Shown piece by piece: positions 26,201-39,349 of a stretch of 64,000 nucleotides of DNA. The DNA comes from Daphnia carinata (Eukaryota), in NCBI RefSeq assembly GCF_022539665.2, contig NC_081331.1, positions 9,920,001-9,984,000 of the forward strand. Reading direction: 5' to 3'. The position numbers and the translations under genes are program-made. How positions within the stretch are numbered: position 1 is the stretch's first letter; each line of letters opens with the position of its first letter. The notes under the pieces are model-generated. The model saw nothing but the letters and a program-made list of their open reading frames with translations. It searched no databases and was not told the origin of the DNA.

Positions 26201-29200
26201 GAAGTCTCGTTAGTGGTCCACGTAGCCCCACAGGAGCCCAATCATCTTTTTAGACTTGAGACCGTAAAGAAATTGCGGTGATACGTAGCGGACCAGCCAT
26301 CAACTAGCGGCATTAAAACTGAGTTTCGTAAGGCCTACAATCGTATACCTAAGCCATGGTTTTATATATAGGTAAGTCTCTAACAAACGTCGGCATGCAT
26401 TAGCAGTCGCGTACCACATGAGTTCCAAGGGCTATAAATCCGCTATTCTTTTGTTTTTCGTTCTTTTTCTGTATGGTATGTTACGGGGCTCACGGACGAA
26501 CGACAATAGAGTGTTGCACAAGAAAGCGTCAAGCAAATGGCGGTGAATACGAGTGGAGGAGGAAGACTATTGAACGCGTTACTGGCAGTTATACGGACGC
26601 ATAAATGGCCGTCGCAGTCGTTGACGGGCGGAGACGAGAGTTATACGAACGAAGGGGAAACTTGGCACTTCTTCCATATCACGTACATTGCGGCTCAATG
26701 ACGATTCAATATCGTTCTCTCACTTTGTCACGACCAGCAAAGAAGTTGCGCTTTATGACTGACAATCTTTTACAAAACATCAGCTCAACTTCTTTTATTC
26801 AGCTTTCTCTCACATCTCAATGCAAAAATTTAAATCGATTTAATGCATCGCGTTTTTTTATTTAATTAGGGAACAACTGCGCTTTTATTAAATGACGCGT
26901 TTGGTTGAAGCGTGAAAGGAGTTGGTGGCATTGACGATTAATTTTAGGATGACCGGTCAAACTGTCCTCCATTCACCTCTTGATAATTTATTTTTAAGTA
27001 GTCTTTAGATGAACAAATATCCTTCAACGGGTCAGCGGGTCTTTATACTGCTGTCTAATCAGAGTTGTGATTGAACGTCCGGCGCGCAAATGAACCTACT
27101 GCCCCCTCCTGGTTCCGCTGTTAGTCTAGCGCCTATAGACTTTATCTCTTTTATTCACGCCCTTCATCCACCGCCGAGATCCCAAGGGTTCGTCAAGTGC
27201 TCTGCTTCAACATATATATATATATATCATACTGAATGAGCCAACAGAAAAATGAGGAGGCCTTTTTCCCAGCTCGATTTTCCCGTTCTAGTGTTCGCTG
27301 GGTGTGGGATGGCTCTGCATTATACAACGCACAGCAATCGTCTGTAGCCCTGGTAACGAATCCACTCGTCCGTTTGCTTCGTTCGTTGTCACGTCCGATT
27401 TTCCGCCTCTCCCCCTTTTTTTTCTGTTGTTCAAGACACCGCACTCTGTCTTCGCCTATTGTCGGTCGCTAGTTGAATGGAAATAGGTCCGTCAAGCTCT
27501 TTTTATTCTTCTTTCATGTAGACTAGTTGTTCTGTATCTTCGAAGCTAAGTTCTTCTTTTCTCACTTCTTTTCGTTTTTAGTGTACAGTAAGTCCGTTCG
27601 GAAAAGCGCCTGGGACTTTTCATAAGTTCCCCTTTTTTCTTTAAAGACGCTTTCCTATCTGCACTTTGGCAAACTGTAGTGGCTTATAGTATTTTATATT
27701 CTCTCAGCTATATACCGAAAAGATTTTTTAAAAAACAGGGAAAACATAAGCAGAGTTTAAGAAGATGAGCAAATGCATTGAGTCGGATAGTGCGGGGGCG
27801 TGACTTGATGTAGAAAGTGCACAACTAACAAGAGTCTCTGCTCTCGTTCGCCGTGTTCCGATCAATAAGGTGCAGTTTCGTTGAACATGATATTAAAAAA
27901 AAAAGGAGGAGACGAAAGAAAGGATGAGCTGCAGCGAAGAAAAAGAAAGGAGTAAAGAAAAAAAAGAAGTGGGATGCAAAAAGGAGATAGCAAACTGTTT
28001 TCACACTAGACGACTTTTCAATTCAAATAGAAAAATTGAAAGGGGAAAAGTATATCGTTGTGTTTTCAAGTGCAAAATAAAACTTTCCTCGATTTCTGTA
28101 TATATATGTATATATATATAAACCAGAAACACAAACGGGTGGGAGAACAAGCAGACCGTAGTTTCTATAGGGCGTGTACTGTATAATATCCTTGCAAACG
28201 TCTCGAACGAAAAAGGCCAAACCGTTCGATGTTTTATTGCGCTGCTTCAAAAAAATACAACCAATTGCTTAGAAGAACACGGGAAGTTGAACAGCTTCTT
28301 TGACAGAAACGGAAAACCTTGATATCTATATCGTGGAGTCAACGAGGAAATCCTGTTCGATCAGGCAGAGACGCAGGAAGAGCTGGGCAAAAAGCCAAAA
28401 TATTTTTGTTTGTTATTTTCAATCCGTGCTCAACATAACTGTGTGTAATCTTTCCATCCTTTTTCTTTCGTTAAATACCACTTGGTGAAAAAGGTTTCAG
28501 CAATCAATACATAGGGTCTTTCGCAAGCATTTTGTTTGTTTCCACTGAAAATAAAAACGCGTTCGCCAATTTGCAAATTCTCTTTTGCCAGATAACCACT
28601 TCAATTTTGCATAATTTATGTACGTCTTGTTTTCTCAATGGTTGCGAGTCAGTCTAGACCCATTAGCTTTGGAATCGCGTTGCCAAAAAAGAGGGGGGGG
28701 GAGACAAATCTCATCGACAAAATACGTTTTTTCCCCAATCGATAATTTTTTGGCAAGTATGCCAGCGACGATAAATGAGCCTCATTCATCGGAGGCCACT
28801 TTGTGCCAAGAATATCATCGCTAAACTGTCGTTCTGTCTTGGCTGACGTCAATCGACTGCTTTACTCGCTTTCCGCCGAGTCTAATGGATTCGTCTCGTT
28901 TGCCAAAACCTCTTTCCCTTGGATTGGACGCTTTCTGATAACCAATGTTGCACTAGCAAAAAAGTTCGGATGCTATACAATCGTCCTAGAACCGGCCAAA
29001 ACGAATAAAAAAAAGGAGACGTCCTTGGCCAATATGCTAAAAAAAAAATCAGCATCCACCAATTTGAAACAAATATTAGGAATACAAATCCTTGTGAATG
29101 GGTCACCTTCAGTCGAAATGATCTCCGTTGCATTTCCAATTTAAATCATCTATTTTCATAGTTACATTAAGCTTTCTTGCAACAAAGCAATTTAGATGCA

Positions 29201-32200
29201 GTGGGATCCTTATTTTTAAAGAGCAAAACGCTACCTGTTCTAAACGAAAAATTAAGCGCCGATTCCAAGTTTTCCCGCTAACTATTCAGGGTGATGCGTT
29301 GCCTGGAATATTTTCTGACCAATAAAAAAAATAATAATACTCCACGGCAGAACATCACATAAAAACGGCCCGAATAAGACTGAATTGATTAAAATGCTAT
29401 TTCTTTTCCCCGACGAAGCCCGTCAGATTCCTTGCTATTCGTGACTTAAAACACGGCGTCGATAGTGTCGTATATATGTAGGCTTTACGGAAGCAATTGT
29501 GGCCCGATTTAATCTGGCAGCCCTTAGCGAAATAAGCCAATCTTGGTGTCCCCATGACAAATTCTATTCAGTCCTAGGCCATATACGTATACTGATGGAA
29601 AGTTTTTAGGCGTCGTCCCGTAGGAGCGTTGAAGAAAGCAGTCAAAACGAAGGGGGGGGGGGGGCGAAAGTACATTACGTCGGACTACGTCTTCGTCGCA
29701 CCCGAATAGACGCGGAGAAAAAAAGAAAATAAGAAAAAGAAACGATAACACGGAAATCAATAAGAAGAACTTTGCCGGAAGAAGATGAAAGGGAATTCCA
29801 GAATGTGGCCGATAGTTATTTGTAATGGGAAAATGCTCACCAGGTGAAAGTATTGTGCTCGCTCCGCTTACACAAAGTCCAAATTGGTTCTTCACGCGCT
29901 TTATATTGATTTGTGCATTGAACTGGAGATCAGAAAGGCCACGACAAATATGCAAAGCGTGCGAAGAAGGTGCAGGCAGAGCGTATAGTAAACAGAAAAC
30001 TTTGACGAAGGGCACGTGTTATTCTATCCTCATGTTTTGAAATTACAAGTTTCAACTTTTATCCAACCCGATGGAAACTCACTTGTTAACGCATTTATAA
30101 TTTCGTACTTTATTACGCACCAGTTTTGACTCACTTCACAAACGTGAATGTGATTAATATCCTTTAATGAACAGAAGATACCTTGGCGGTCACTGGAAGG
30201 ATTATAATTAATTTTATGCAAACATTTTCCCTCCTATTTGCTTATGAAGTAAGAAGAGTTACATGCGTTAAATACGCACGTGATTGTCAAACATGACAAA
30301 TGGGATCTCACGTTTCAGCAACAAAGTCAATTACAGTTTTTACATATTCTGATTCTCACTGGCAAACATACAAAATAAACACAAAATCGTTAAAAAGGAA
30401 AAGAAAAATGATTATTTTCGCAGAACAATCAAAGCTTAAATCAATTCTGATCGAACCAACTATCTTCTCATTTGTTGCCACAATGTCCATGTACTTGGAC
30501 TCGATTGGCTGGCCCTTCATAGCTTTACTTTTACGAGGTACTGTATATGTCGTGCTCGGATGCTGCCGAAAGGAAACAAGCAAGTAAACACAAAAACCGA
30601 CGCAAAGAGCAGAAAAGAAAAGAAATGTTTTTTGTTTAAGCTTTAAAAAAAAACAACAACAGTCTATCACGATCAATCTCTCGTCGCCCCATGGCGAGTC
30701 AGAGCAACTTCATTCTGGTTTTCCTATCTCTTTCATCTCCGTCTATCTCTCATAGGACTCTATCATTTATGTAACAACAGACTACTGAAGAAGAGGTCAA
30801 TACTGCGCCGGCAAGATAGACTGCGTTGCTATAGACATACAAGAAACTTTTCGTTCATCAAATCCCGGAAGATGCGTTTATCAATTCTTTTGCAGAAAAG
30901 ACCTAAACTATTTAAAAAGCCCAGAATGAAAACTTTTGGTGTGTGATTGACGTAAAGAGTTTTTGCTTAATTACCGTCCTCCAACATTCAATTTTTTTTA
31001 AAAGTGTGCTCCATCACGCGTGAAAGAAATCTCAACCTACCACACGTGTGCGTTTAATTCCAAGAGCCAGAGTTGCAGAGAAGGAACGTGCCTGCCCTCA
31101 CGTTCGTCATTCCGTTGCAATTAAAATGGGTGGACTGGGTTTTCTGTAAAGACTGACCCTATGAGGTCAAATGGTTCCTATTCATTTGCTGCTGGCATCA
31201 CAATATAAAAACCCCTCTCCGTACTGTACACAGCTAGATCCTGAACGGTACTTCTTCCCCTATACATTTGATACTAGCAGACTGACCGCTTGCACCGCCA
31301 AATCCCGTGAGCTTTAAAAATATAAAAAAACAAAATAAGACATAGAAAGCGCTAAAAGGAACATCAAACCTTGGGATCACGAAAACACCCAACAAATAAA
31401 AGAACAACCAAGATCACCAAACTGCCCTACCGTGTTTCAGCGATTCATTTTTTGTTCAAAGAATCCTGTATTCTGTTCCTTGATCGATTTTTTTAAAGAC
31501 ATAGAGAAATGCAAAACAAATATTGTAACAAGAGTGTTTTACTTGACATTTGTGTATAAGATATATAGTCGAATGCTGCGTCGCGATCGATTCCAGTCCA
31601 AAACAAAATTCGTGTATGTCCTTCTGTGTCATATAGTACCCCCTAGGGCCTGATGCGGTAGGTGAGATGGCGAGTGATATGTATTTGGGTCTCTCTGAAT
31701 ATAACTCCCCCGTGTCTCTTGAATCAAGGATGTCGAGTTTCCCCTAATTTATCCTGCTGACAAGTTGCATCATTGGGTGTGTATAGCCTTACAGAAACTA
31801 GGGCGTTGCCGGGCAGCTGGGAACGAACGACCCGAGCAAAAAACGGGGAAATAGTTCCGGCAATAAGAGGAAGGGGTTAATGAGAATCAGCCCACCTCCC
31901 TAGTGTATGCACGATTATAACGTATACTATATACCGGCCGACTCATTACCCGCTACGCCCACGCTGTTCTTATTACGAGGGGGCCAACAAATTGTACTTT
32001 ATCGATTTCGTTGGTAAAGGCAGTATAGAATCATCTCACTCACGATTTTGATAGCTTCCATTTTTACGTGATCATAGATTTTATTTTCTTGGACAAAGAT
32101 GGAGAGTAGAGTCACAAACAAAAATCTTGATTTTTTTTTATCGCCAAAATTGAGCTCCACTTCAATCTACAGGTCTAATAAATCGAAGTGTTATGTTTAC

Positions 32201-33610
32201 ACGAAAGCGACAATGTCAACAAGGTCTGAAAAACTAGTAGCTGTTAGACAGCCCAAGTTTGTTTATTTTTTCAAAAGAATACGTTACACGACAGATCGAT
32301 TGATATTTTCATTCTTTTTTTTCGAACAATGGGCCAGCCTTCCGTCAGAAAAAAAAGAACTGACAGAAAGACGTTATTGGAAAAAAAACACGAACGGAAA
32401 CTATATCGAACCATCGAGTTATCGATTTCTCCGTGCCTCCCTCTTCGGTCCTGTGCATTGCCATAAACGACAATTCTCGAGGAAATGGAATTCCTGCCTT
32501 ATCAAGATTTTATAAAGACGCCTGCCGCCGGTAGTACCATCATATTGATGATGTCGACTAAAGTTTGATTTATGTCTGGATAAAGTACACTCGTTCCTTC
32601 TAATTGAAGTAAACTATTAATTTTAATTTTTTGTTTTTGAAGTAAAAACAAAAAAAGGGACGTGAAAGTCTTTGTTTTCCCATTCAGCTGTGATGCTTAG
32701 TCAATATGGATATTTGTTTATTTCCTAAAGTCATTATTAGAACTGGCACATTTCCGGGTAACGTGATCTCTCCCCTATTGTAAATGAACGGGATTCTGAA
32801 AAAAAAAAGGACGTGGATCTCGTTAAAATGCAAATCACGTTTCATTCAACATTGGGCAGCCCTACCTGATGCGAAAACTAGCTTTTCATAGCCTGATTCA
32901 ACATACACACACAAAAATGATGTACTTTTCCCAACAGGATATGGCGAAAACCGATCTAAAAAAGCAGGAATTAAGCTGAGATCCGCTAGTGTTTGCGGTG
33001 ACATTCAAACTTCGAACTCAACCCAAAATCCTACCCTAGTAAATTTCTTCCATAATAAATGGTTTGTTACAAAACTACGTAACTTTGCAGAAAAAAGGGA
33101 CGCGATTGTATTAACGTTTGAATTATTACTTGTTTCCTAGAAGTTGTAGGTCTTAATCGATAGTATGGGTATTGAACGTTACATCTCTTTATTATATAGT
33201 CGCCCATTGCGAGGTGTTTTATCCTTCTAGAACAAGTAGGGTTCTCAACTCTGTCAAGGATACAAGAAGGACAACAAAACGATCTGCAACCGGATTCAGG
33301 AAGCACCGTACGCTATTAGAAATCGTCAAAGAAATGATCGTTCACACATAAAATGGGTTAGTGGAGCAGAACTAGTTTTCTTCTTGAAGTAGACCTAATT
33401 TTAATTCGAAAAGTTTTGAAAACAAGAACAGATAACTCGATATAGAAAGAGAATTTTTCAAACGGCTTAATAAAAGAAAAACAACTGCCGGAACTGAAAG
33501 CGATATGTTATGGAAATGGGTGTGGCCTAGCCAAATCATACGTGTCTTGTTTTGTTCTTTCCTTATTTTCACTTCTTATGAGTTGGATGTTGAAGTCCTG
33601 TCAGTTGTAG

Positions 33611-33648
33611 TATAAAATATGCGGCCCATTACGTTTAATTCGTCAGTC
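33611..33648 (+). promoter_or_regulatory. TATA box plus initiator of the Gln-rich gene
   Basis: TATAAAA at 33611-33617 and arthropod-type Inr TCAGTC at 33643-33648, about 85 nt before the ATG. Confidence 0.7.
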
Positions 33649-33729
33649 GAAGTTGTAAGATCGAACGCAGCGTTTCATTCCAACTTTATCGTTAAAGTTG
33701 TTCACATCTTCTTCAATTTAACATTCACC

Positions 33730-34986
33730 ATGATAGCCTCTCCCTTCGTTTTGCCAGGTATTTAAAGCCAACGGCTTGAACGAGTGACATTGCTCTCTCT
33801 TCCATCAGCCCTTTTCTAATCATAACGGATGTATTACATTTACAGTGATTGTCATGTTGGTTTCGATTGGATCTATCGAAGCTGTTCCATCAACACGTCG
33901 GTCAAGCATTGAGAACACTACGAGCGAATCTCCACCCGAGAAGGTGTCCAACATCAAAAGCCGGCAATTCAACGTGAACGTGCCGACAGGAGCCACCGGT
34001 TTGAACGCTGGAAACTCGGCCAGCCTTCAACAAAGTCCACTTCAACAATTAGCCCTTTTGCAGCAAGTGACCACTTCGAGCACCAACCCCATGTCCATAG
34101 CATCGGAGCTGGAAGCTCAGAAACAGGAAGCCTTTCAGTTGCAAAATCAAAAACAACAGCAAGGCCTAATGGCTTCAGTGCAAATTCAACAGGACCAAGT
34201 GGCAACAGCCCAGGCAGCCATAACAAGTATGTTGTCATTTTAACCCAGTTATCCAAAAGTCATTCACTTATACCCTACAGTTCATTGACCGTTTAAACCT
34301 GAACGTTTCTTGTTTCCTCGTCTTCGGCGATTTGATATTCAGATCAGAGTCAAATGGTGAACGGTCAGTTTCAGCCTGGGGCCAACGTGCAAGCGGCGCT
34401 CAATCCACAGTTGCAGCAACTTCAGCAGACATTGGAGGCCCAGAAGCAACAGCTTCTGGTCCAGCAGCAATTGCTCCAGCAGCAGGTGAAACCCGAAGCC
34501 CAACAAATGAACAAACAACAAATTTTGATTGCCCAACTTTTGAACGAGCCTCCAGCGAAAAGGCCTCAACTGTTGGAGCAGATTAAGCAGACCATAACGA
34601 AACAAGAAGCCGCGATGATGGTCAATCCATTTGCTAATCAGATCGGACAGACGAGTTTGACACCCACTAGTTTTGCTCAATCAAATCTATCGTTGCCAAG
34701 CAGAAGTCAACAAGAGATGCAACGATACCAGGCCTTGCTTCAACTCCTCAGCTTGGCCAGCCTGTCCTCAAATAATCCCAATCGGCTGGGCCATTACGCT
34801 GAGTCAAACAGACCGACCATGCCATCCATTGGTTCTGGAGTTCCTTTTTCATTTGGTAGCAACGCAATCAATGCTCAGCTGCTTCAACAGCAGCAAATGC
34901 AGCAGCAAATGCTTTTGATTCAACGACAGCAACAAATGATGATGTTCCAGCAGCAAATGGCCATGATGAATCCTTTTATGTTTTAA
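33730..34986 (+). CDS. Secreted glutamine-rich protein of unknown function, 3 exons, 350 aa
   Basis: Exons 33730-33757, 33846-34226, 34343-34986 (GT-AG, both introns phase 1, 1053 nt). The N-terminus MIASPFVLPVIVMLVSIGSIEA looks like a signal peptide. The body is Q/L/M-rich with no Cys and ends QQQMAMMNPFMF*. Confidence 0.85.
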
Positions 34987-37082
34987 AATGTTTCGTTTTT
35001 TTTTTAATGTTATATCTTCTTTATTATTTATTCTCGCACCGTTTTTTTTTATTTCGCTTAAATTAAACAGCCTCACTTTGTTACGTTTGACGTGTCGAGA
35101 CGTCCATTAAATTTTGTTGGCCCCCTCCACTCGTTAAATGCCTCCCTGTTTCTGGCAAGGAAGGAAATTGACAGAATACATTGCTTAGACTTTGTTATAT
35201 TAAAACATTATAAACTCCGATCGTGACGGCAGATTTCTTTTTCACGTGCCCCCAACGTGAGTAACCGTGCAAACTTTTCCGCGTTCCAGCAACTCAAAAG
35301 AAGGCGGACTTGACGGAAAGCCATATAGAACGACGGCATTAATAAACGGCCTTCCTGCCTTTTTATGAACTGCGGAATCCTACGCACACTCGACCCACTA
35401 CCATACACTTCCGTTCCGCCAAAGTTTCGCTAACGAACGACAATCGACACGTGAGCAAAACGACCTTGCGAGCGACAGACATCCATCCATCGACGTCCAC
35501 GACAAAATCCCATCGATCGATCAATCATTAAAAACCGTTTGTTTCCCGAGCGTCAATGCGAATCGGCATGTATAAACGCCATCAACGTATCGCCTAAGAT
35601 CAGAGGCGTCTACTTCTTCTACTACTTCTACAGTACCAAAGTCTTTTATGTTTAGCAGCGGAAGCATAACAGCAACCATCACATCGCTTTACGGACTGCG
35701 ATCAATGGCTTTTCTCGAGCTAGTGAACTACCGTTACACCGAATGCTGTAAAACTGCGCAAACAAAGTACGCGTGAATTACTCGTCACGATCAACAATCT
35801 CAACACACTGCCATTTGAAACATGGGCCAACCCGACGCGGATTGAATTCAAAAGGCACGTAAGTGCCAACGGATTCTATTTTTTTTTTTTTTCAAAAACA
35901 GAATATAGACGTGCCAGTGGAATTAAAATGATGTTGATCGAAATAGTCAGGCTGGAACACGAGCACAACCACACGAAATGTTACGTCGTAATCAAGCTTG
36001 TCATTGTGTTCCTCTTGGTCTGCCCTAAGCTCGTCCCCGTTCGTGGAAAGTTGACATAGGTGGCAAACTTTTAGGTAGACTTTTGATAGTTATAGGGTGA
36101 CGTATGCAGTATACATAAGCGTTGACAACAGCTGTTTCCATCTACTCAACTTGACGTCTACCGAAACTGACGCCTACAATGACGATAATAATCAAACACA
36201 AACGGGAACGCGTGAGCCATGCACGCACGGCATAGTGGCGATCGATATGACGTCCACGGGAACAACGCTATCAGCAACGGCCAGTCAAAAGTGAAATGAA
36301 TAAAAGGAAAAGGGGAAGGTTTTTATGCGCTTGGTTTCACGCTTTGAAAGTGTCGCATGAAATTGCGACAGTAGGGGATTGTTTGATGATTTTTGAGTAC
36401 TACCGTCTCGCACTAATTAGAACGTGCCGGAAAGGATTGTGCAGGAGAAAAAACGATTAGTTAGCTCAGCTGTATCGTAAGCGTTCTTTCAAAACCATAT
36501 TCAGATAAAGGAAGAAAGCCAAAATGCCAAACCGAATTGACAGAAAGAATGGGCTATTCGAAGAATTAGAGAGGAAAGTTAGCCGCTAGGTGAGCTTGGT
36601 ATTGCCTCTTACATCGTCTTGCACTTAGAATGTGATGGAGAATGCAGAAGGGGGGAAAAAAGGGCGAAGTTTTGTCATTTGAAAAAAAAAAATATGTTGT
36701 TTCAAGTGAAAATCTATTTCACTGGTATGCCTTGAGTTGTGGCATGTGGCATTTTTGATTTAAGGGACGAGTTGAACGACTTCGGTGAATTCGCTGAACT
36801 TCAAGTTTCTCATAGTTTACCAGGAAAATCATTCATACGTCCTTGCTAACCTCTTCTGGTGGCAAACGCTGAAAGATATGCACGTAGTTTTTATTGCGTG
36901 AAGGATCAGTTCACGTTGGTAATCAGTAAACTGCTTTTAGAAAAATCTGCAATTAATTTTGCAGCCCTCGAATAGAAAAAGGGCGTTCCCAACTGCTTGT
37001 CTTTGGTGGTAGATTCTGGCATGCAGGTGGAAACAAGACACGATGGGGAACAACGACACAGAAAATGTGAACGTTTGAAGGT

Positions 37083-37350
37083 AAACTAACTTAGTTTCTT
37101 CATCACTAGGATACCGAAGTGAAATCCGTCGAACAGAACCAAGTTAATAGACTTGCAGGTTATGAAACCGTATACGGTATCTTTGGCATGGGGAAAAGGT
37201 TTACGTGTTTGCGTAAGCAACCAACTTGAAGTTTCGCGCACACAACGGCTTGTATTCGCAGAATCTAAGTTACGAATAGAGTGGGAGTGAAACTGGATTA
37301 GGTTTTAATTAAAACCTAACTTTTGCGAAGAGGAGAAACGTCAAACTTCT
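37083..37350 (+). repeat. Direct repeat copy A (upstream flank of the small chitin-binding gene)
   Basis: AAACTAACTTAGTTTCTT…CAGAACCAAGTTAATAG…AAGCAACCAACT…AACGGCTTGTATTC…GTCAAACTTCT aligns colinearly with 39350-39618. Confidence 0.9.
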
Positions 37351-38160
37351 CTAACAAAACATTTTTCCAGAATTCTAATATTTATGTTCTAGGAAAAATT
37401 TATTTGTGAGCTACTTTGAATTACCTTTACGATACTAAATCACGAGGCATTCGTTTAAGTTAAGTTTCGAATGCTGACAGGGTTTGCAATGCAGATGCTT
37501 ATTACACCTTCTAACCAATGCTTTATAGATGATTTACAATTTTAACAACTACGAACAACGACTTGCCATGGTTTACCGATACCCTAGCAACTTACTATCT
37601 TGCATTCACGATCTACAGGTTATTGGGTACAAGAGTGACGTTCCGATTTTATCAGAGAGTGCAACTTGTGGGTCTGAACATTATTTCCCGTTCACTGCCA
37701 CCGTCCCTAGCTAACGTGTATTACAAACACGGATCTAATCGACTGGTTCTTGTATCGTGACACTGTGCTGACGTACAGTGCTGCAATGACCATATGTTGT
37801 CAAATACTTTGGGCATTGCCGTCAGTTCCGGTTAAAAATAACTTTGAAACGACTAAGAACAAAACAGACAATGTTGAAATAACCTTAGGGTAACAAGAGC
37901 GATAAGCGATGTTTAGATGGAATAGATTATGTGCACTATTTTGTGTGATATATACCCAACTCATGACGAAAGAGAAAAGCGCAGCTGCTTTGGCAGCTGT
38001 ACGACTTTGAATTTTTTTTTTTTTTTTTAGAAAAGGGCATAGGTAACTCCGACATGATTTGAATAAAAGACGAGAGTAACTCATGGTAACCAGCATTGCC
38101 CTTTCAAAATTTGTCGTCTCTCTTTTCAGAGAACAAGAGCTGATTGCAGTCCACACCATC

Positions 38161-39145
38161 ATGAAAGTTCTGGTGAGCTTCGTTATTTTTTAGGAATTCT
38201 CGTATTAATAAAATCATTAAACATTTTTCTTTTTTTTTTTCATTTGCGTACTAATTAGATCGCACTAATCTGTTTGTTGGCGCTGACTAACGGTCAACCT
38301 CTTAGATTATCGGGTAATTAATATCCCTTTACTTTACTGGATCCCGATTTGATTCTTCTTCAATGTTTTGTTTTTACATCGTGGGCGATGATCCCTGGAG
38401 TTACATTAGTAAATTTTCGAAAAATTAACATTAGATATTACGAAACGTCACATCGATTACGGCACGCATTTGAATTATTTCATTACTAGACCAATGGAAC
38501 AATTTGGAAAGAGGGTCCATATTCTCAGCATAATTTTTTCTTTTACAAACTCCATTTCAAGTGGAGCGCGTCTTCCATGAACCGAACGAAGAAATGGTTT
38601 TGATTATCGACAGTAGTGAGATTGGTACCTATGGCGATCTGGAATTCGATTACCCAAACTATAAGACAATACCTCAAACGGAGTTCACCTGTGAAGGAAA
38701 AATTGACGGTATGATTTTATATCATTAGTACTAGTTAACGTTTTGTCATTTCTAATAGATAGTACTAAGTTATTGCCTTGGACCAACATGTTGATCTTTT
38801 CTTTTCCCGCTTTGGGTATTTGAATGCCTGAACCGCAAAGGATATTACGTTGATGAAGAAGCCCGTTGCCAAGTATACCACACTTGTTCGGTTGAAGTTA
38901 ATGGTAGTGTCATCATGAGCTCCTTCCTGTGCCCCATTGGTACCATTTTCAGCCTAAAAAGCTTTTCCTGCATGTGGTACTTGATAATTTGTACCGCTGG
39001 ATCTTTTGCGGATCCAATTGGAATTATTATTATAGCATAGTTGACTTTATTTTCTACATACAGGTGGCTTGGCGTTGAGTGTGGCTCCAGTGATCAGTTC
39101 TCCAACTTGAACACCAATATTCTCGTAGCACAAGAATCAGCCTGA
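38161..39145 (+). CDS. Small secreted chitin-binding type-2 (peritrophin-A/CBM14, CPAP1-like) protein, 5 exons, about 143 aa
   Basis: Exons 38161-38172, 38259-38313, 38562-38708, 38841-38976, 39064-39145 (432 nt, in frame). Signal peptide MKVLIALICLLALTNG. Six-Cys domain FTCEGKIDGYYVDEEARCQVYHTC…SFLCPIGTIFSLKSFSCMWWLGVEC. AATAAA at 39236-39241. Absent from the supplied ORF track because all exons are short. Confidence 0.88.
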
Positions 39146-39349
39146 AAGATCATTTGGCACATCATCTTTCTTACGCGCTGTAAATTCTCGATTTTTGGAA
39201 CACTGTTGATTGCGAATCAACCTCGGTATCGAGTTAATAAAACATTACATCATTCCTGATTTAGCTGTTTTGGAAATGCCACATGTGTGAAGCGACCCTA
39301 AATTTCACTAAATGGGTTTTGTATGATTCGGTGGACAAGGACATCAAGA

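Noticed and set aside
34339..34680. Leu-rich minus-strand ORF and alternative-frame ORFs over the Gln-rich gene
   Set aside because: Antisense or alternative-frame reading of CAG/CAA-rich codons.
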